Translations under genes and position numbers: made by a program | Notes under the pieces: model-generated | Database searches by the model: none | What the model was told of the DNA's origin: nothing | Seen by the model: the letters and a program-made list of their open reading frames with translations, nothing else | NCBI GenBank assembly: GCA_013239625.1 | Contig: MU054220.1 | Location: 3,721,374-3,785,373 of the forward strand | Source: Lama guanicoe | Taxonomy: Eukaryota | Direction: 5' to 3' | Length of the DNA: 64,000 bases | Shown: positions 48,425-60,675 of the stretch, one piece after another | Position numbering within the stretch: the stretch's first letter is position 1 | Layout of the letters: each line of letters starts with the position of its first letter

Positions 48425-48945
48425 AGAATTATCCCAAGACCCAGCAATTCCACTCCTGGGCATCTGACCAAAAGAATGGAAGACAGGGACCAAACACCTG
48501 GACACGAATGCTCATAGCAGCACCAGTCACAGTAGCCAACAGGTGGAAACACCTCAAATGTCCATCAGTATTTGAATGGATAAACAGATGGACCACAATA
48601 TATCCTTTCAATGGAATATTATTTACTCAGAAAAAAGAGTGAACTATGGCTACATGCCATAATATGGATAAACCTCCAAAACATGAGCTAAGTGAATGAA
48701 GCCAGGTACAAAAGGCCACATGTCGTATGATTCCATTTGTATAACGTCTCTAGAATAGGTGAACCCATACAAACAGAAAGCAAAGTAGTGGTTGCCAGGG
48801 ACTGCGGGCAGTGGGTGATGAAAATGTTCTGGATCTGGTTAGAAGTGGTGGCTGCAAAACACTGTGAATGTACTAAATGCCACTGAATTGTTATTTTACA
48901 GTGGTTAATTTCATGCTATGTGAATGTCACTTCAACTTTTTTAAA
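48425..48945 (+). mobile_element. L1MB-type LINE 3' fragment
   Basis: gacccagcaattccactcctggg...aaatgtccatcagtatttgaatggataaac...gtgaatgtactaaatgccactgaattgttattttacagtggttaatttcatgctatgtgaat. Confidence 0.92.
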
Positions 48946-49739
48946 TGCCAGGAGAGGATGGTGAGGAGGACGGGGTGTAACTCGCTGAAGGTCAAAGAGC
49001 AGGTAAGTGGGGTGCCCTCGGCTACCATCCTCTGCTGCCTGCCCCATGCCTTCCCACCTCTGGCCTTTGCCTCTCCTGTTACCTTGGCCAGGAAGGTCCC
49101 CCTCCCTATTTCTGTTCTCAAAATCCTACCCATTTTTCAAGGCCCTGTGTCCTGCCCCAGTCGGCTTTGCCTCCTGCCTCCTGCCTCCTGCCAGAGTTCG
49201 TAAAGCACAGGGTTATCCCTTGGTCCCCCCAGCCTGAGGGGCTCATCACATTCTCAGGGTCTTTATGAGGGTTAAATAATCCAATGCCTGCAGAGTTCTC
49301 CACTCTCTGGGCTTGGCATGCAGTGAGCGCTCAATCAATGGTGCTTATTAACAGGCCGCGTTCACTCCTGAAGGGCTGGGACATGCTGGCTCATCTCTGC
49401 ATCCCTGGCCCAGGCCCGGCTCCCAGCAGAAACTCTCCAAACACTTGTGGAATGCAAGGGGGGAGACAGACAAGCTCCCTGACAAGCAGGCTCTTTCCTA
49501 CCTGTTCTCCTGCTGGGCAGGAAGCCTGTCTTGGTTCACAGTTTATAATAAATGCAACTCCATTTCCTCTCAGTGGAGTTGGCCCCAGCACGCACACACC
49601 CAGAGTTGGCTGTTTCTGTTAAACGTTTGGGGCTCTTTGGGCCAGCCAGGCCCTGACTGAGCTGTGGTGTTTGTTTTGCTCCACGAGGCACCTCCAGCTC
49701 CAGGTTCTGCAGATCAGGAAAAAATCGGAAATTCTGATC

Positions 49740-50030
49740 TCTGTGAAAGTCTACAGAACATGATCTCTCTAGTAATTGTTGCCCTGCTTACCTCACTGAC
49801 TTAACTAATGAATATGCAATAAGATATTCATCCTGGAAGTACATTTATTAACTAAAGGAACTATATACGTTTAAGGTATTGGCATTAACAATCATCTCAA
49901 ACATCAGACAGTGCCAATCTTTTCAATACGCTTTTGGAAGCTCTTTTGAATCTGCAGTGGAATGTGAGTTAAAGATGCCAAGAAATTCAAACAAAACAAG
50001 GCAGCCAAATTAGGAAGCCCTCACTCCAAG
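49740..50030. promoter_or_regulatory. Candidate neural-type enhancer (POU, SOX and NFI motifs)
   Basis: ATGAATATGCAA 49808-49819, TTGGCA 49879-49884, AACAAT 49887-49892, TGCCAA 49912-49917 and 49976-49981; TE-free and AT-rich. Confidence 0.45.
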
Positions 50031-50399
50031 GAAGGCGAAGAGACATGGACTTCCCTGAATTTGCTCTCTATCTGGTGTTGATGGTAAGACAAGCTAATGA
50101 CAGGGGGTGGCGGGTGGAGGGGGACCTCTCCACTGTCACTCAAAGCAGAAGAAAGAGCTTTGGGATGACAGAAATCCAGCCTAGCCACTTGCCAGCCCTG
50201 AGATCACGGACCAGTTCCTTAAATCCCTTATTGTCAGGTGGTGTGGGGCATGGAGGGGTGGAGGGTGGTGATGCCCACCTCCCTGCATGGTGATTAGCAT
50301 CAGGCCAGGTGAGACAGTCAGACACACAGAACACCCGGACTGGCAGGAAGGAAGCTCTCAATAAGTATTCATTTTCTTCCCTCTCAAACTATCTGCAGA

Positions 50400-51350
50400 C
50401 ACAAGAGAGTGAAAAACAAACTGCCGACTGAAAGACATGTTTGCAATACATATGTATTACAAGGAACTTGTATCCAGCATATGTAAAGAACTCCTACAAA
50501 TCAATAAGAAAATAAGAAAACAACCCAATTGAAATTGGGCAATAGAGCTGAACAGATACTTCCCCAAAGAAATTATCCAAATAGCCGATAAGTAGATAGA
50601 AAGGTGCTCAGCATCATTACTCACTGGGGAAATGCAAATAAAAACCACAGTGAGATACACAACCACCAACTGACTAAAACGGAACAGAAGGATGACACCA
50701 AGCATGGGTGAGGAGGTGAGCGACTGGAACATCCATACGCTGCTTTCAGGACCATCCAATGGCAGAACCACCCCCTCTGGTACTGTCCATTAAAGTTAAA
50801 CCTACAGCGGCCACGCATTTCCACTCCCAGTTAGTTATACACCCAAGAGAAATGTCTGCATATGCCCACAATGACCTGGACCACAACGTTTATTGCAGCT
50901 TTATTCAAAAGCATCCAAAACGGGAAACAACTCAACATCCATCTACAAAAGAATAGACAAATAAGTCGTCATATATAATCACACAATGGAATATTACATG
51001 GCAGTGAAAAAAGAACAAACTGCTGTCATGTGCAACAACATGGATTGATCACAAAATCATTGTGTTGAGCTAAAGAAGCCAGGTCTGGAGGAGTTCATGT
51101 TGCACAATTCCATTTATGTGAAGTTCAAGAATAAGAACAACAGCTTGATGGTGATCGAAGCCAGAACAGTCGTTACATGGGGCGTACAGGGGTGGGGTAA
51201 AGGGAGTAGCCACTAGGATGGGACACAGGTAGCCTCTTGGGGTGATGGGCCAGGAATGTTCTATATTTTGATCTGCCTGGTTTTTACTTCGTAAATAAAA
51301 CCATCAATCTGTACATTGGAGATGTAGGCACTTTACTGTATATATATTAT
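50400..51350 (+). mobile_element. L1ME-type LINE fragment (ORF2 C-terminus remnant and 3' UTR)
   Basis: aaagaactcctacaaatcaataagaaaa...gggaaatgcaaataaaaaccacagtgagatac...caacaacatggattgatcacaaaa...attccatttatgtgaagttcaagaa. Confidence 0.92.
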
Positions 51351-52013
51351 TCCTATTTTTTTCAATTACCAGAGGATCAATTGGACCAAGCCATCTCTCA
51401 GGCTCATCAGCCTTATCATTTTATGATTCTCAGAGCCTGGAGAATGATTCTTAGGTCCTAATGCGGGAATTCGGAGATTGCGTATTCATTTTATTCTTTC
51501 TCTTCCCTTTCTCTTGCCGAGAGAGGCCCCTTCTCTTGCTCATTCTCTCTCTCTGACTTTGTGTAAGTCAGTCAGCCACTTCTGGCCTCATCACCCCATC
51601 TGCAAAAAGAGGGTCACGCTGCCAGGACTCCCCTCCAAGAGAGAGAAACATGGTCATGCACGGGAAATGCTCTGTGCATCACAGAGCAAAAATGCTAAAT
51701 GCATTCCCAGAATTGCAAGCAGATGTCTCTTTGCATGGGGTCAAGCACATCCAGGCATAATTGCAATTACTACGGTGAGGGTGTGGTTTAAAACTCAGAC
51801 TTGGCCCATGTGTGTTTCTTTGGCATAAAGGGATCTAAGACGGTGGCCATGGAACCAGTCATCATGGGAAAGGGATGGCCACTGATTTGACCTGGGAAGG
51901 CACGGATGCTGGCATGGTCCCTATGGCTATTGGGCCAGAGCCGTGCAGGGCTCATCCTCAAAGGAGACAGAAGCAGTGCCTGGCCCTGGGCTTTCCAAGG
52001 GAAGGAGTACTAA

Positions 52014-52910
52014 CATAAAAAAGTACTCAATATCACTAATTCTCAGAGAAATGCCAATAAAAACTACAATGAGGTATCACCTCACACCAGTCAGAATGGC
52101 CATCATTCAAAAGTCCACAAATGACAAATGCTGGAGAGGCTGTGGACAAAAGGGGAACCCTCCTACACTATTGGTGGGAATATAGTTTGGTGCAGCCATT
52201 ATGGCAAACAGTGTGGAGATTCCTCAAAAGATTAAAAATAGACTTACCCTATGATCCAGCAACCCCACTCCTGGACATATATCCAGAGGGAGCCTTAATT
52301 TGAAAAGATACATGCACCCCAATGTTCATAGCAGCACTATTTACAATAGCCAAGACATGGAAACAGCCTAAATGTCCATCGACAGATGACTAGATAAAGA
52401 AGTTGTGGTATATTTATATAATGGAATACTATTCAGCCATAAAAAGTAATAAAATAATGCCATTTGCAGCAACATGGATGGACCTGGAGATTGTCATTCT
52501 AAGTGAAGTAAGCCAGAAAGAGAAAGACAAATACCATATGATATCACTTATATGTGGAATCTAAAAAAAAAAAAAAAGACAAATGAACTTATTTACAAAA
52601 CAGAAACAGACACATAGGCACAGAAAACAAACTTATGGTTACCAGAAGGGGAAGGGGGTGAGAAGGGATAAATTGAGAGTTCAAGATTTGCAGATATTAA
52701 CTACTATATAAACTAGATAAACAACAAGTTTATACTGTATAGCACAGGGAACTATATTCAATATCTTGTAGTAACCTATAATGAAAAACAAAATGAAAAT
52801 GAATATATGTATGTTCATGTATGACTGAAGCATTATGCTGTACACCAGCAATTGACACAACACTGTAAACTGACTGTACTTCAATTAAAAAAAAGTAAAT
52901 AGAAAAAAAA
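52014..52910 (+). mobile_element. Young 5'-truncated L1 with frameshifted ORF2 C-terminus, poly(A) tail and TSD
   Basis: ORF-track pieces REMPIKTTMRYHLTPVRMAIIQKS..KCWRGC and GTLLHYWWEYSLVQPLWQTVWRFLKRLKIDLPYDPATPLL correspond to the L1 ORF2p C-terminus; TSD AAGGAGTACTAA (52002-52013) and AAGGAGCACTAA (52911-52922). Confidence 0.96.
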
Positions 52911-53109
52911 AAGGAGCACTAAAACTGGAGTCTGGGATCCTGGGTTGAGGGCTGCTTCTGCCCTAATGTGCTGTGTGACATTGGCCATCGGCTTCCCACC
53001 TTTGGGGCCTCAGTTTCCCCACCACGCTATGAAGGGGTGGACTAGATCATAGTTAGAGATCCATTCAGCTATAACTGTTTATGAACTTACAAATTGCTTA
53101 CTGAAAATC

Positions 53110-53630
53110 AAAACCACGTTGTGTCTCTCCCTGCTTAAATCCTCGTCTACAGCTTCTTATTCAGCATAAAGTCCAAACCCATGACCAGATCCTCATGGTC
53201 AGGTCCCTGCCAACCTCCCTGCCCAAGGATTGAACCACGCCCTCATTTCTCACTAGGCCCCAGCCACAATGCTCTTCCCTCCATCCTTTAACACTTCAGT
53301 CCATTTCTGCCCCAGGGCCTTTGCTCACCTTGCCCTCTCAACCTGGAACCCTCCTCTCTCCAGTTCTGCATGGCCAGGCTCTACCTGCTTTAGGGCACAG
53401 GCTCAGAGGTCCCCTCCTCAAAGCCTCTGCTGACCAGATAAGTAGTCCTTCTCCCTCGTGTTTTCTTTTTCCACCTTCAAACCACAGATTACAACATGCA
53501 GTCATTAGAGGAATTTGTGGCTTCCTTATTTTCTGTCTTCTGCCCTGGAGTGTAAGTTCCATGTGGGTAGCCACTGTGTCTGTGACTATTAAACCCTCTG
53601 ACATAGACACAGTGCTCACTAAATATCTGT
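53110..53630 (+). mobile_element. L2 LINE fragment
   Basis: ccctgcttaaatcctc...cccagggcctttgctcacct...ctggagtgtaagttccatgtggg...gtgctcactaaatatctg. Confidence 0.8.
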
Positions 53631-55668
53631 GCCTTTTTCCATCCTCTCAGGCAGCACTCCAGAGCCCTTGCTGCCCTAGGAGGCTCACATAAGAATTTCC
53701 CAAAGAAAGAAAATGTTCAGGTGTAGCGGACCCAGCAGGTACTGTGAAGATGCCAGGCTCTCTGCATCCTTGTGTCATTTCATTCTCATGACAACCCTTG
53801 GAGATACTATCATTTGGGTAACCAAGGCTCAGAGCTGTCAAGAGATGTGCCCACAGTCACATACCAGGAGCCCCAAGCTTGGAGAATGGCTCTGTGCCAC
53901 TTGCTGGCATGTGATTCCATCTCTCCAGGCTGTGCTTTTCTTGTCTGTAAAGTGGGGCTAAGATCTCGTGCCTGAACTGCAAGCTGTGTCATGATCAAGC
54001 AGGATAATTAAGGTGGGATGCTTTGCACACCAGCCAGCAGCATGCAGCTGCACTAAAGTTGAAACGGAAACAGCCTGAGGTTTGCTTTGAGCCTCGGAGT
54101 CTGTGCTTGCTCCTCCGGGAGGCGGCCAAGGAGGGGAAAGAACGCCTTCTGGAGCCAGCCTGCCCTGGACGGGAGTCCCGCTCCATCCCAGCTCAGAGCT
54201 GGGTGCCCTCCAGCGCTCACCTACTTCACTCCTTTGAACTTGGGTCTTCTCCTCTGCAAAATGCGAAGAATAATTCCCTTCCCCTCAGGCTGTTAGGAGC
54301 GTTAAACGAGATCGCCTATGAAAGGGCTTTATTCCTTCTGAAGTGCAGTGCAAATGCTGCTTGTTTGTTGCAAATGTTGATGTCCCACAGCTTCTAGCTC
54401 TGATTATGTCAACTCCCCCAAAAGAGGGAGAAAGACACCTCCCCAGGTGACGAGGGCAAGGACACTCAAGGCTGTCCCCCCGCCCCCAGGTGACAAGGCT
54501 GGCATGTTTTTATGGGGCCCACACTGCATGCCAGGCACTGCAGGATGCCCTCCCCAAGCAGTCTCCATATGCAGCACCATCAGCCCCATTTCACAGACGG
54601 GTAACCTGAGCTTCGGGTAACCTTGCTCAAGGTTCCCTGGCCGCAGTGGTGATGTTTTCTCCCTGTGGAGGATGGCCAAGGCGACACCTTTGTTTCCCAT
54701 AGAGCAAGGCTCAGGCCGACCTGGGATAGTGCTCGTTCCTGAGGTAGCCCTGGGCTCTGGGGAGGTCCTGGCCATGGGCTCCTCTCTGCGAGAGGCCGAG
54801 CACAGCCACCTCAGCCACCCTGAGTGTGGCATCTAGGAGTGTGCATACAGAACGGGGGTGTGCTTGGGAGGACACGACCCAGCTCTGGGCCCCAGGAAGT
54901 CCATTCTGCTGGGAGCCCCGAGAATCAAACCACTCCCACCTTGGCCTCCCTGGATGGCAAGTCACTGGCCCACCTCCCACCCTGCCCTCCAGCTGCTCCC
55001 CATTGGCCAAAGGCCGCCCTGACCCTTAAATGGCCCTTGAGCATCTAGGGGCATCACTCTGTCAGCCCCCACCCCCCATCACATGCTCAGTTCTGACGGT
55101 GCCAGTCTTGGCTCCAGAAAGCAATTAGACAAGATTAGTGAAGCAGAGAGAAGGCAGGTGGTGAGGGGGGAAGAGTTGGCAGAAAGAGACCCCTGGGGCA
55201 GAGAGACTCCAGGGGATGGGGGAAGAGGGAGGCAGGCTGGATGAAAGGGAAAGAAGCAGAGGAACGTGGATTCCAGAGAAGATGTGCAGGGGAGACACAG
55301 AGAGATGCAAGGACTCACCCAAGGCCCCACGATGGGGAGAGAGATGGACCAGAGGCCCCAGGAAATGGGAACGAAGAGCTTGAGGGAGAAAACTCATGAG
55401 AGAGAAATAGGCAGACACACACGGGCTCATTTATTTGGCCTTGTCCCACAGGGTGTCTCGGAAGAGATTTCTCCTTACAGGAGGCAAGGGAAGCAGCCTT
55501 CGTGGAGGGAGCAGAGGACCAGGAGCCAGGAGACCAGGGTCTAAGGCACTAATGCTCCGAACCACAGGGCAGCTCCCCCATGGAGGCAGAAAGAATGGAA
55601 ACATATTTGTGTGTCCACAGTGTTCCCAGTAGCACTGTCCATCACAGCCGAAAATACCAGAAGCCACC

Positions 55669-55710
55669 TGCAGTAGTCAGTTCTCCAGAGAAACAGAACC
55701 AATAGGAGTT

Positions 55711-55742
<32 letters not shown>

Positions 55743-56133
55743 GTATATATGATATGCATGATATCACATATATATGATAAATCGTGTGTGTGTGTGTGTT
55801 TGTGCATGTGTGTAGAGAGATTTCTTTTAAGGAATTGCCTCATGCTGTTGTCAGGCTAGCAAGTCCCACATCCGCAAGGCAGGCTGGTGGGCTGGAAACC
55901 CAGGCACTGATACAGCCTTGAGGCAGAATTCCTTCTTTCTTGGGAAATTTCAGTTTTTGCTCTTAAGCCTTTCACCTGATTGGATAAGGCCCTCCTGCAT
56001 ACCTAAAGTCAACAGATTGCAGATGTCAGCCACGTCTACAAAATGCCTTCACGGTAACACCTAGATTGGTGTTGGGTTCCAGCAACTGGATCCTACAGCC
56101 TCGCTCGGCCGACACATCACACCGCCTAGCACA
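55669..56133 (-). mobile_element. MLT2-type ERVL LTR containing a microsatellite
   Basis: gttctccagagaaacagaaccaatagga...gagatttcttttaaggaattgcctcatg...ctgattggataaggccc...aacacctagattggtgtt. Confidence 0.88.
55711..55813. repeat. (CA)n - AT-rich spacer - (TG)n microsatellite forming an inverted repeat
   Basis: acacacac...acacg [tatatatgat...aaat] cgtgtgtgtg...tgtgt. Confidence 0.9.
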
Positions 56134-56628
56134 GTTTCCTGCGGCAGCTGTCATCAATCCCCACAAGGGTAGGGACTTAAAGCAACACACAGGTATTAGC
56201 TCAGACTTCTAGAAGACATAAGTCCTTTGAAATGGGACTCACTGGGCAAAAATCAAGGTGTTAGCAGGGCTGTGTTCCTTCTGGAAACACGAGGGAGAAT
56301 CCCTTTCCTTGCTTTTTCCAGATTCTTGACGCTGCCTGTGTTCCTTGCCTCATGGTCCTGCCTGACTTCAAGGTCATGGCCAGCCTAGTCTTTCTCAGGC
56401 TGCATCACCCTGAGAGTCCCCTTCTGTAGTCAAACCTCCCTTCGCCTCTTTAAGGACCCATGTGATTAGATTGGCCCCACCCGGATAATCCAGGATCATC
56501 TCCCCATCTCAATGTCCTTAAATCAAGCACATTTACTAAACCCCTTTAGCCAGGTAAAAAAATATATTCATAGGTTCCAGGGATTAGGACGTGGACATCT
56601 TTGGAGGCCTATTATTCTGTCTACCACT
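56134..56628 (-). mobile_element. MLT1C/D-type MaLR LTR
   Basis: aaaatcaaggtgttagcagggctgtgttccttctgga...ggataatccaggatcatctccccatctcaa...ggttccagggattaggacgtggacatctttgg. Confidence 0.9.
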
Positions 56629-57029
56629 CCATCCAAATGCTCATCAACAGTGGAGTGGACACACCTTGGAATGACCATCCACCCAGTGAAATATGATGCA
56701 GCCACGAGAAGAGGAGTCAGGGAGAGACATGGTCAGAACTGGGCTCCAGATCCCTTTCCCAGCAGAATCAGGCCCCCGGGAGTGGTCCAGACCTCCAGGG
56801 AAGGTGCAGGACTCTCAGGAAATAAGAATAAGATCTCAGCTTAGAACTCAAAGGACTATGATGTCTAACAAAGGATTTACCCACTCCAGCCCCTGCATGG
56901 ATGCACTGTGCATCTTCAGGTCAAGGTCCTGACCTCTCTGTGACCCTTTTCTTCATGAACTGTCTAGTGACTCTGATCCCAGGGACCATGAGCTGCACAC
57001 TCACTATGTGCCCACTAAGAGCTTCACAT

Positions 57030-57494
57030 ATGGCAACGGCATCATCAGGGCTCCTCCTAGGCCGTCTCCTGTGTGCTTTTTCCTCTGAAGGCCTGCACCT
57101 GCCACTCTCATGAGAGGACTGCCCTCGGGCTACTGGAGACCTCTGTCCAGCGCACAGGGAGCCCGAAGTGCCTGGGAGCCAACATCCCTCCCACATGCTC
57201 AGGGCAGCCCTTAGCCAACGTCTGAGGGTGTGGGAGGATGCGAGCCCAGCTCTCTTGACTCAAATTGAGACAAACTTGGAGATACAACTAACAGCCCAGA
57301 GTTCCCGGCGGGTCAGGTGGTCAGCAACCTTCACAGCACTGTGCCTGGCATCCCTCCCGCTCTTGCCTTCCTCTTCTTCCCTGTTTTGCTCCCCAGACTT
57401 CTCACTGGTTTCTTCTGGGAATTCATCCTTAATAAATCCATTGTACACAAATGTTTGTCTTGGGGTCTACTTCTAGGGGACCCAGACTATGATA
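57030..57494 (+). mobile_element. ERVL LTR (LTR16-like), inserted in a minus-strand MIR
   Basis: gactgccctcgggctactgga...gaagtgcctgggag...cccttagccaa...ccttaataaatccattgtacacaaat...ctacttctaggggacccagactatgata; MIR resumes at ~57495-57655. Confidence 0.8.
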
Positions 57495-58129
57495 CTTATG
57501 TTATCTCATTTAACAGCAACACTTTGAGGTGAGCACTGTGATGATTCCCATTTTTCAGACGAGTAAACTGAGGCCAGGGAAGTTTAACGATATGCCTGAG
57601 TCACAGAGCGAGTAAGTAGCCGAGTGGGATTTCAACCCACATCAGCTGACACCAAGCCTGCGTGCCTCACCTCCTCTCTGTGTGATGACTTCCCCCAGCT
57701 CCTTGGAGACCTGAGAAAAATGGAGGAGGGGGTGCTGGGGAGGTGCATCTAGTAAAGGACAATGGGGGAAAACTCCTTGTGGGGTCTTGGGTTTCATCAA
57801 AGTGAAAAAGAAATAAAAATAAAATAGATTCATCATTTGCCAACTCAAGCCCGCACAGTGCGATCTGAAGCCGAATATGTTGGGCTGTTCCCTGGGGCTG
57901 TTTCTTTCCCTTCCTGAGAAGGACCCCTCAAGGCTCTCTCCTTCTGAGCCAACGCTGAGCCCAGCTCAGGCAGGGATTTGTCTTCTCAGCAGGGGAGGGA
58001 GGCTCTGGGGTGGTGGGGTGGGCAACGGCGCTGGCAGGTCCTTGTGTCAGAGCGGCCGAGGTACAGGCTGGAAAGGAGTTAATGACCCACTGTTCAGTGC
58101 CTCAATCCCCCCATCTCCCTGTGGGTCCC

Positions 58130-58345
58130 TTTGAAAGAGAGAAAAAAGAATCATAAAAAGCCCCCTCCTTGCTCCTGGTCTCGGAGATCTCACAGTTTGC
58201 CTGGGTTTAAACCTTGGAAACAAAGGCTGATAGCTGGGCTGCACGCAGGAGGCAGCAGATTAATGACTGCCTAGCCGCCGTCATAAATTCCTTTTCTGTG
58301 TGTTATTTACCTGCCCAGCAGGCTCCATCTGGGCAGGTTATGGGC
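58130..58345. promoter_or_regulatory. Candidate enhancer with HOX/CDX and SOX-type motifs
   Basis: TCATAAAA, AACAAAG, GATTAATGA, GTCATAAAT and TATTTAC in TE-free DNA. Confidence 0.4.
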
Positions 58346-58869
58346 AAAGTAGCCTCCTCTTCTAGGTAGGAGTGAGTACTTAATTGGAGACGATCAGGAA
58401 TAGGTCGGGGGTGTCATTATTCCCTGCATGTCCCCAGATCCCAGAGACCCACATGACTTTTAAGAAGGAAAAAATTAAGGGAGAGGTAAGCTGTGGATCC
58501 GATCCTGTGTCTGCACGCAGGCCAGAGGGGCCAGTACCTTCTCTGCGCAGCAGGGTGGCCTGCCTGCTCCTGGTGCCGCTTCCCTGCTGGCCACCCTTCT
58601 GGGTTGACACAGATCCACAGTGAACTTAGCCACCTCAGCAGAGCTCCCCGAGGTAAGACTATGGCATTCATCCTCATAAGCCTCTAGCATAAAAGATAAA
58701 ATCATTCAATAACTGTTCTAAGGGTAAAAAGTGGTCATTAATGAAGTGCTGGGGGGTGTAAGAGGAAGGAAGGACTAAGCCTAGGAGGTCAGGGAGGGCT
58801 TCCTGGAGGAGGTGGAAGGTAACATCCCTGGCATCAAGGTAGCTAAAGACAAATGAGGAGTAATTATTT

Positions 58870-59075
58870 AACAGTCACCATTTGTAACATGCCAGCATGG
58901 AACTGGAGGCTTTACTTAGTCTTTAATCATTAAACAAGTCCAGCAAAGTAGTCTTATTATTCCACTTTACAGATGAAGGAATGGGACTCAGAGAGGTTAA
59001 GCTACTTGCCCAAGGTCACTAAGCCAATAGGAAGGAAAGCTAGGATTTAAACCCAGATTCCATGTCCAGGACCCT
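58870..59075 (-). mobile_element. MIR SINE
   Basis: ccactttacagatgaaggaatgggactcagagaggttaagctacttgcccaaggtcac...ggatttaaacccag. Confidence 0.9.
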
Positions 59076-60178
59076 GCCCCTGTAGCTGGGTCATGAACAG
59101 CCAGGCACAGAAGTGGACAGTAAGGGGAGTATTATTATACAGTAATATTCTATGGAGCTCCAAGTTGGGAGAGGGTGTTTCTGTTGGAGCAGTGGAGGCC
59201 GGCCTCCTGGAGGAGGTGTCCTCCAAATGTAGAAGCTTTAGGCAGGCAGAGAAGGGAGGAAGGGCATTCCTCGTGGAGGGGACCGTGTGTGCAAAGGCAC
59301 AGAGTGGGAGTGCAGGGAGGTATTAATGAACTGCCTTACTTGGTAGATGTCAAAGGGGCATTGTTGGAAAATAAAGTCCCAGGGATATCCAGGCCCATCC
59401 TTTTGTGGAAGGTCTGGAAATGGCACTGGGAGGCCATTGAAGTTTCTTTGAATAAGTGAGTGTCTCTGCAGCTGGTGAGGGGAGGCTGTCAGCTGAACGA
59501 GGATACGGCTGCTGGGGGTGGGAAGAGCAGGAGCAGGTCAGGGGGAGGGTGTGGCCCAAGGCAGCGGGGATGTGAGGAGGGGCAGCTCCAGGAAGCCTGG
59601 CCACGGCAGACCTGCCACCTTGGGCTGTGGGGTCAAGGGAGCGGGGATGGGAGGCCCCTCCCCGGGTCCCGGAGAGAATGAGGATGCTCCAGAGAAACAG
59701 ATCCCCCCAGGGACAGTGGTGGTTTGGAGGGGAGACGAAAGGCTAGTTCAGGCTTATATTTCAGCTGTCAAGATGGAGACAAGCGGCTCAGAGTTGGGAA
59801 GATTCTTTCCGGACTGGGGGAGGGTCAGATTCGATGTGGAAGTTGAGGGTCCTGGGTTGAGATATGGGTGGATATGGAAGCTGGCTGGGCTGGGGAGGGA
59901 CAGAAGGAACAGAAGGAATGAGGGAAAAAGAAAGAAAGGGGAGCTGAGAATAAAAATGTTTCCTCTCCGTTGAGAGGGAAACTTACAAGAATCACTGATT
60001 CATCACAGCATGGACTCTGCCAGGACTCATGCTGGGGGCTAGATATACAGACAGGGGCAAGATGCAGAAAATGTGCTGATGAAAAGGAAGCAACTCAGAG
60101 GCGGACTGCCTGGGTTCAAATCCCACACACTGGACACTCAGGATGGATGCCAACTTGGGACACCAAGATATGTTTGTG

Positions 60179-60675
60179 CAGTAGAAGCAACCTGAGTGTC
60201 CATTAACAGATGAATGGATAAAGAAGATGTGATATAGAAAGCTAGCAAGATAGCTACAGTGGAATATTACTCAGTCATAAAAAAGAATAAAATACTGCCA
60301 TTTGCAGCAGCATAGGTGGACCCAGAGATTAATGCACTAAGTGAAGTTAGGCAGACAGAGAAAGACAAATATTATACATCACTTATGTGTGGAATCTAAA
60401 AAAAATACATATGTATTTACAAAACAGACTCACAGACATAGAAAAGAAACTTATGGTTACCAGAAGGGAAAGGGAAGTGGGAGGATTAAATTAAGACTAT
60501 AGGAGTAACAGATATACACCACCATATATAAAATAGATAAACAACAAGGATTTACTGTATAGCACAGGGAACTATATTCAATATCTTGGAATAACCCATA
60601 ATGAAAAAAAATCTGAAGCTGTATGCCTGAAACTAACACGATATTGTAAATCAACTCTAGTTAAATAGAAAAACC
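60179..60675 (+). mobile_element. L1 3' UTR fragment with TSD, related to the copy at 52 kb but more diverged
   Basis: tgtccattaacagatgaatggataaagaagatgtg...acaacaaggatttactgtatagcacagggaactatattcaatatcttg; flanks ATATGTTTGTG and ATACATTTGTG. Confidence 0.92.

Noticed and set aside
51943..52303. ORFs with real protein similarity
   Set aside because: These are frameshifted L1 ORF2p remnants inside a truncated L1, not a host gene.
55140..55420. Purine-rich GA stretch (another at 1395-1500)
   Set aside because: Low-complexity sequence with no stable period; the ORFs across it are compositional artefacts.
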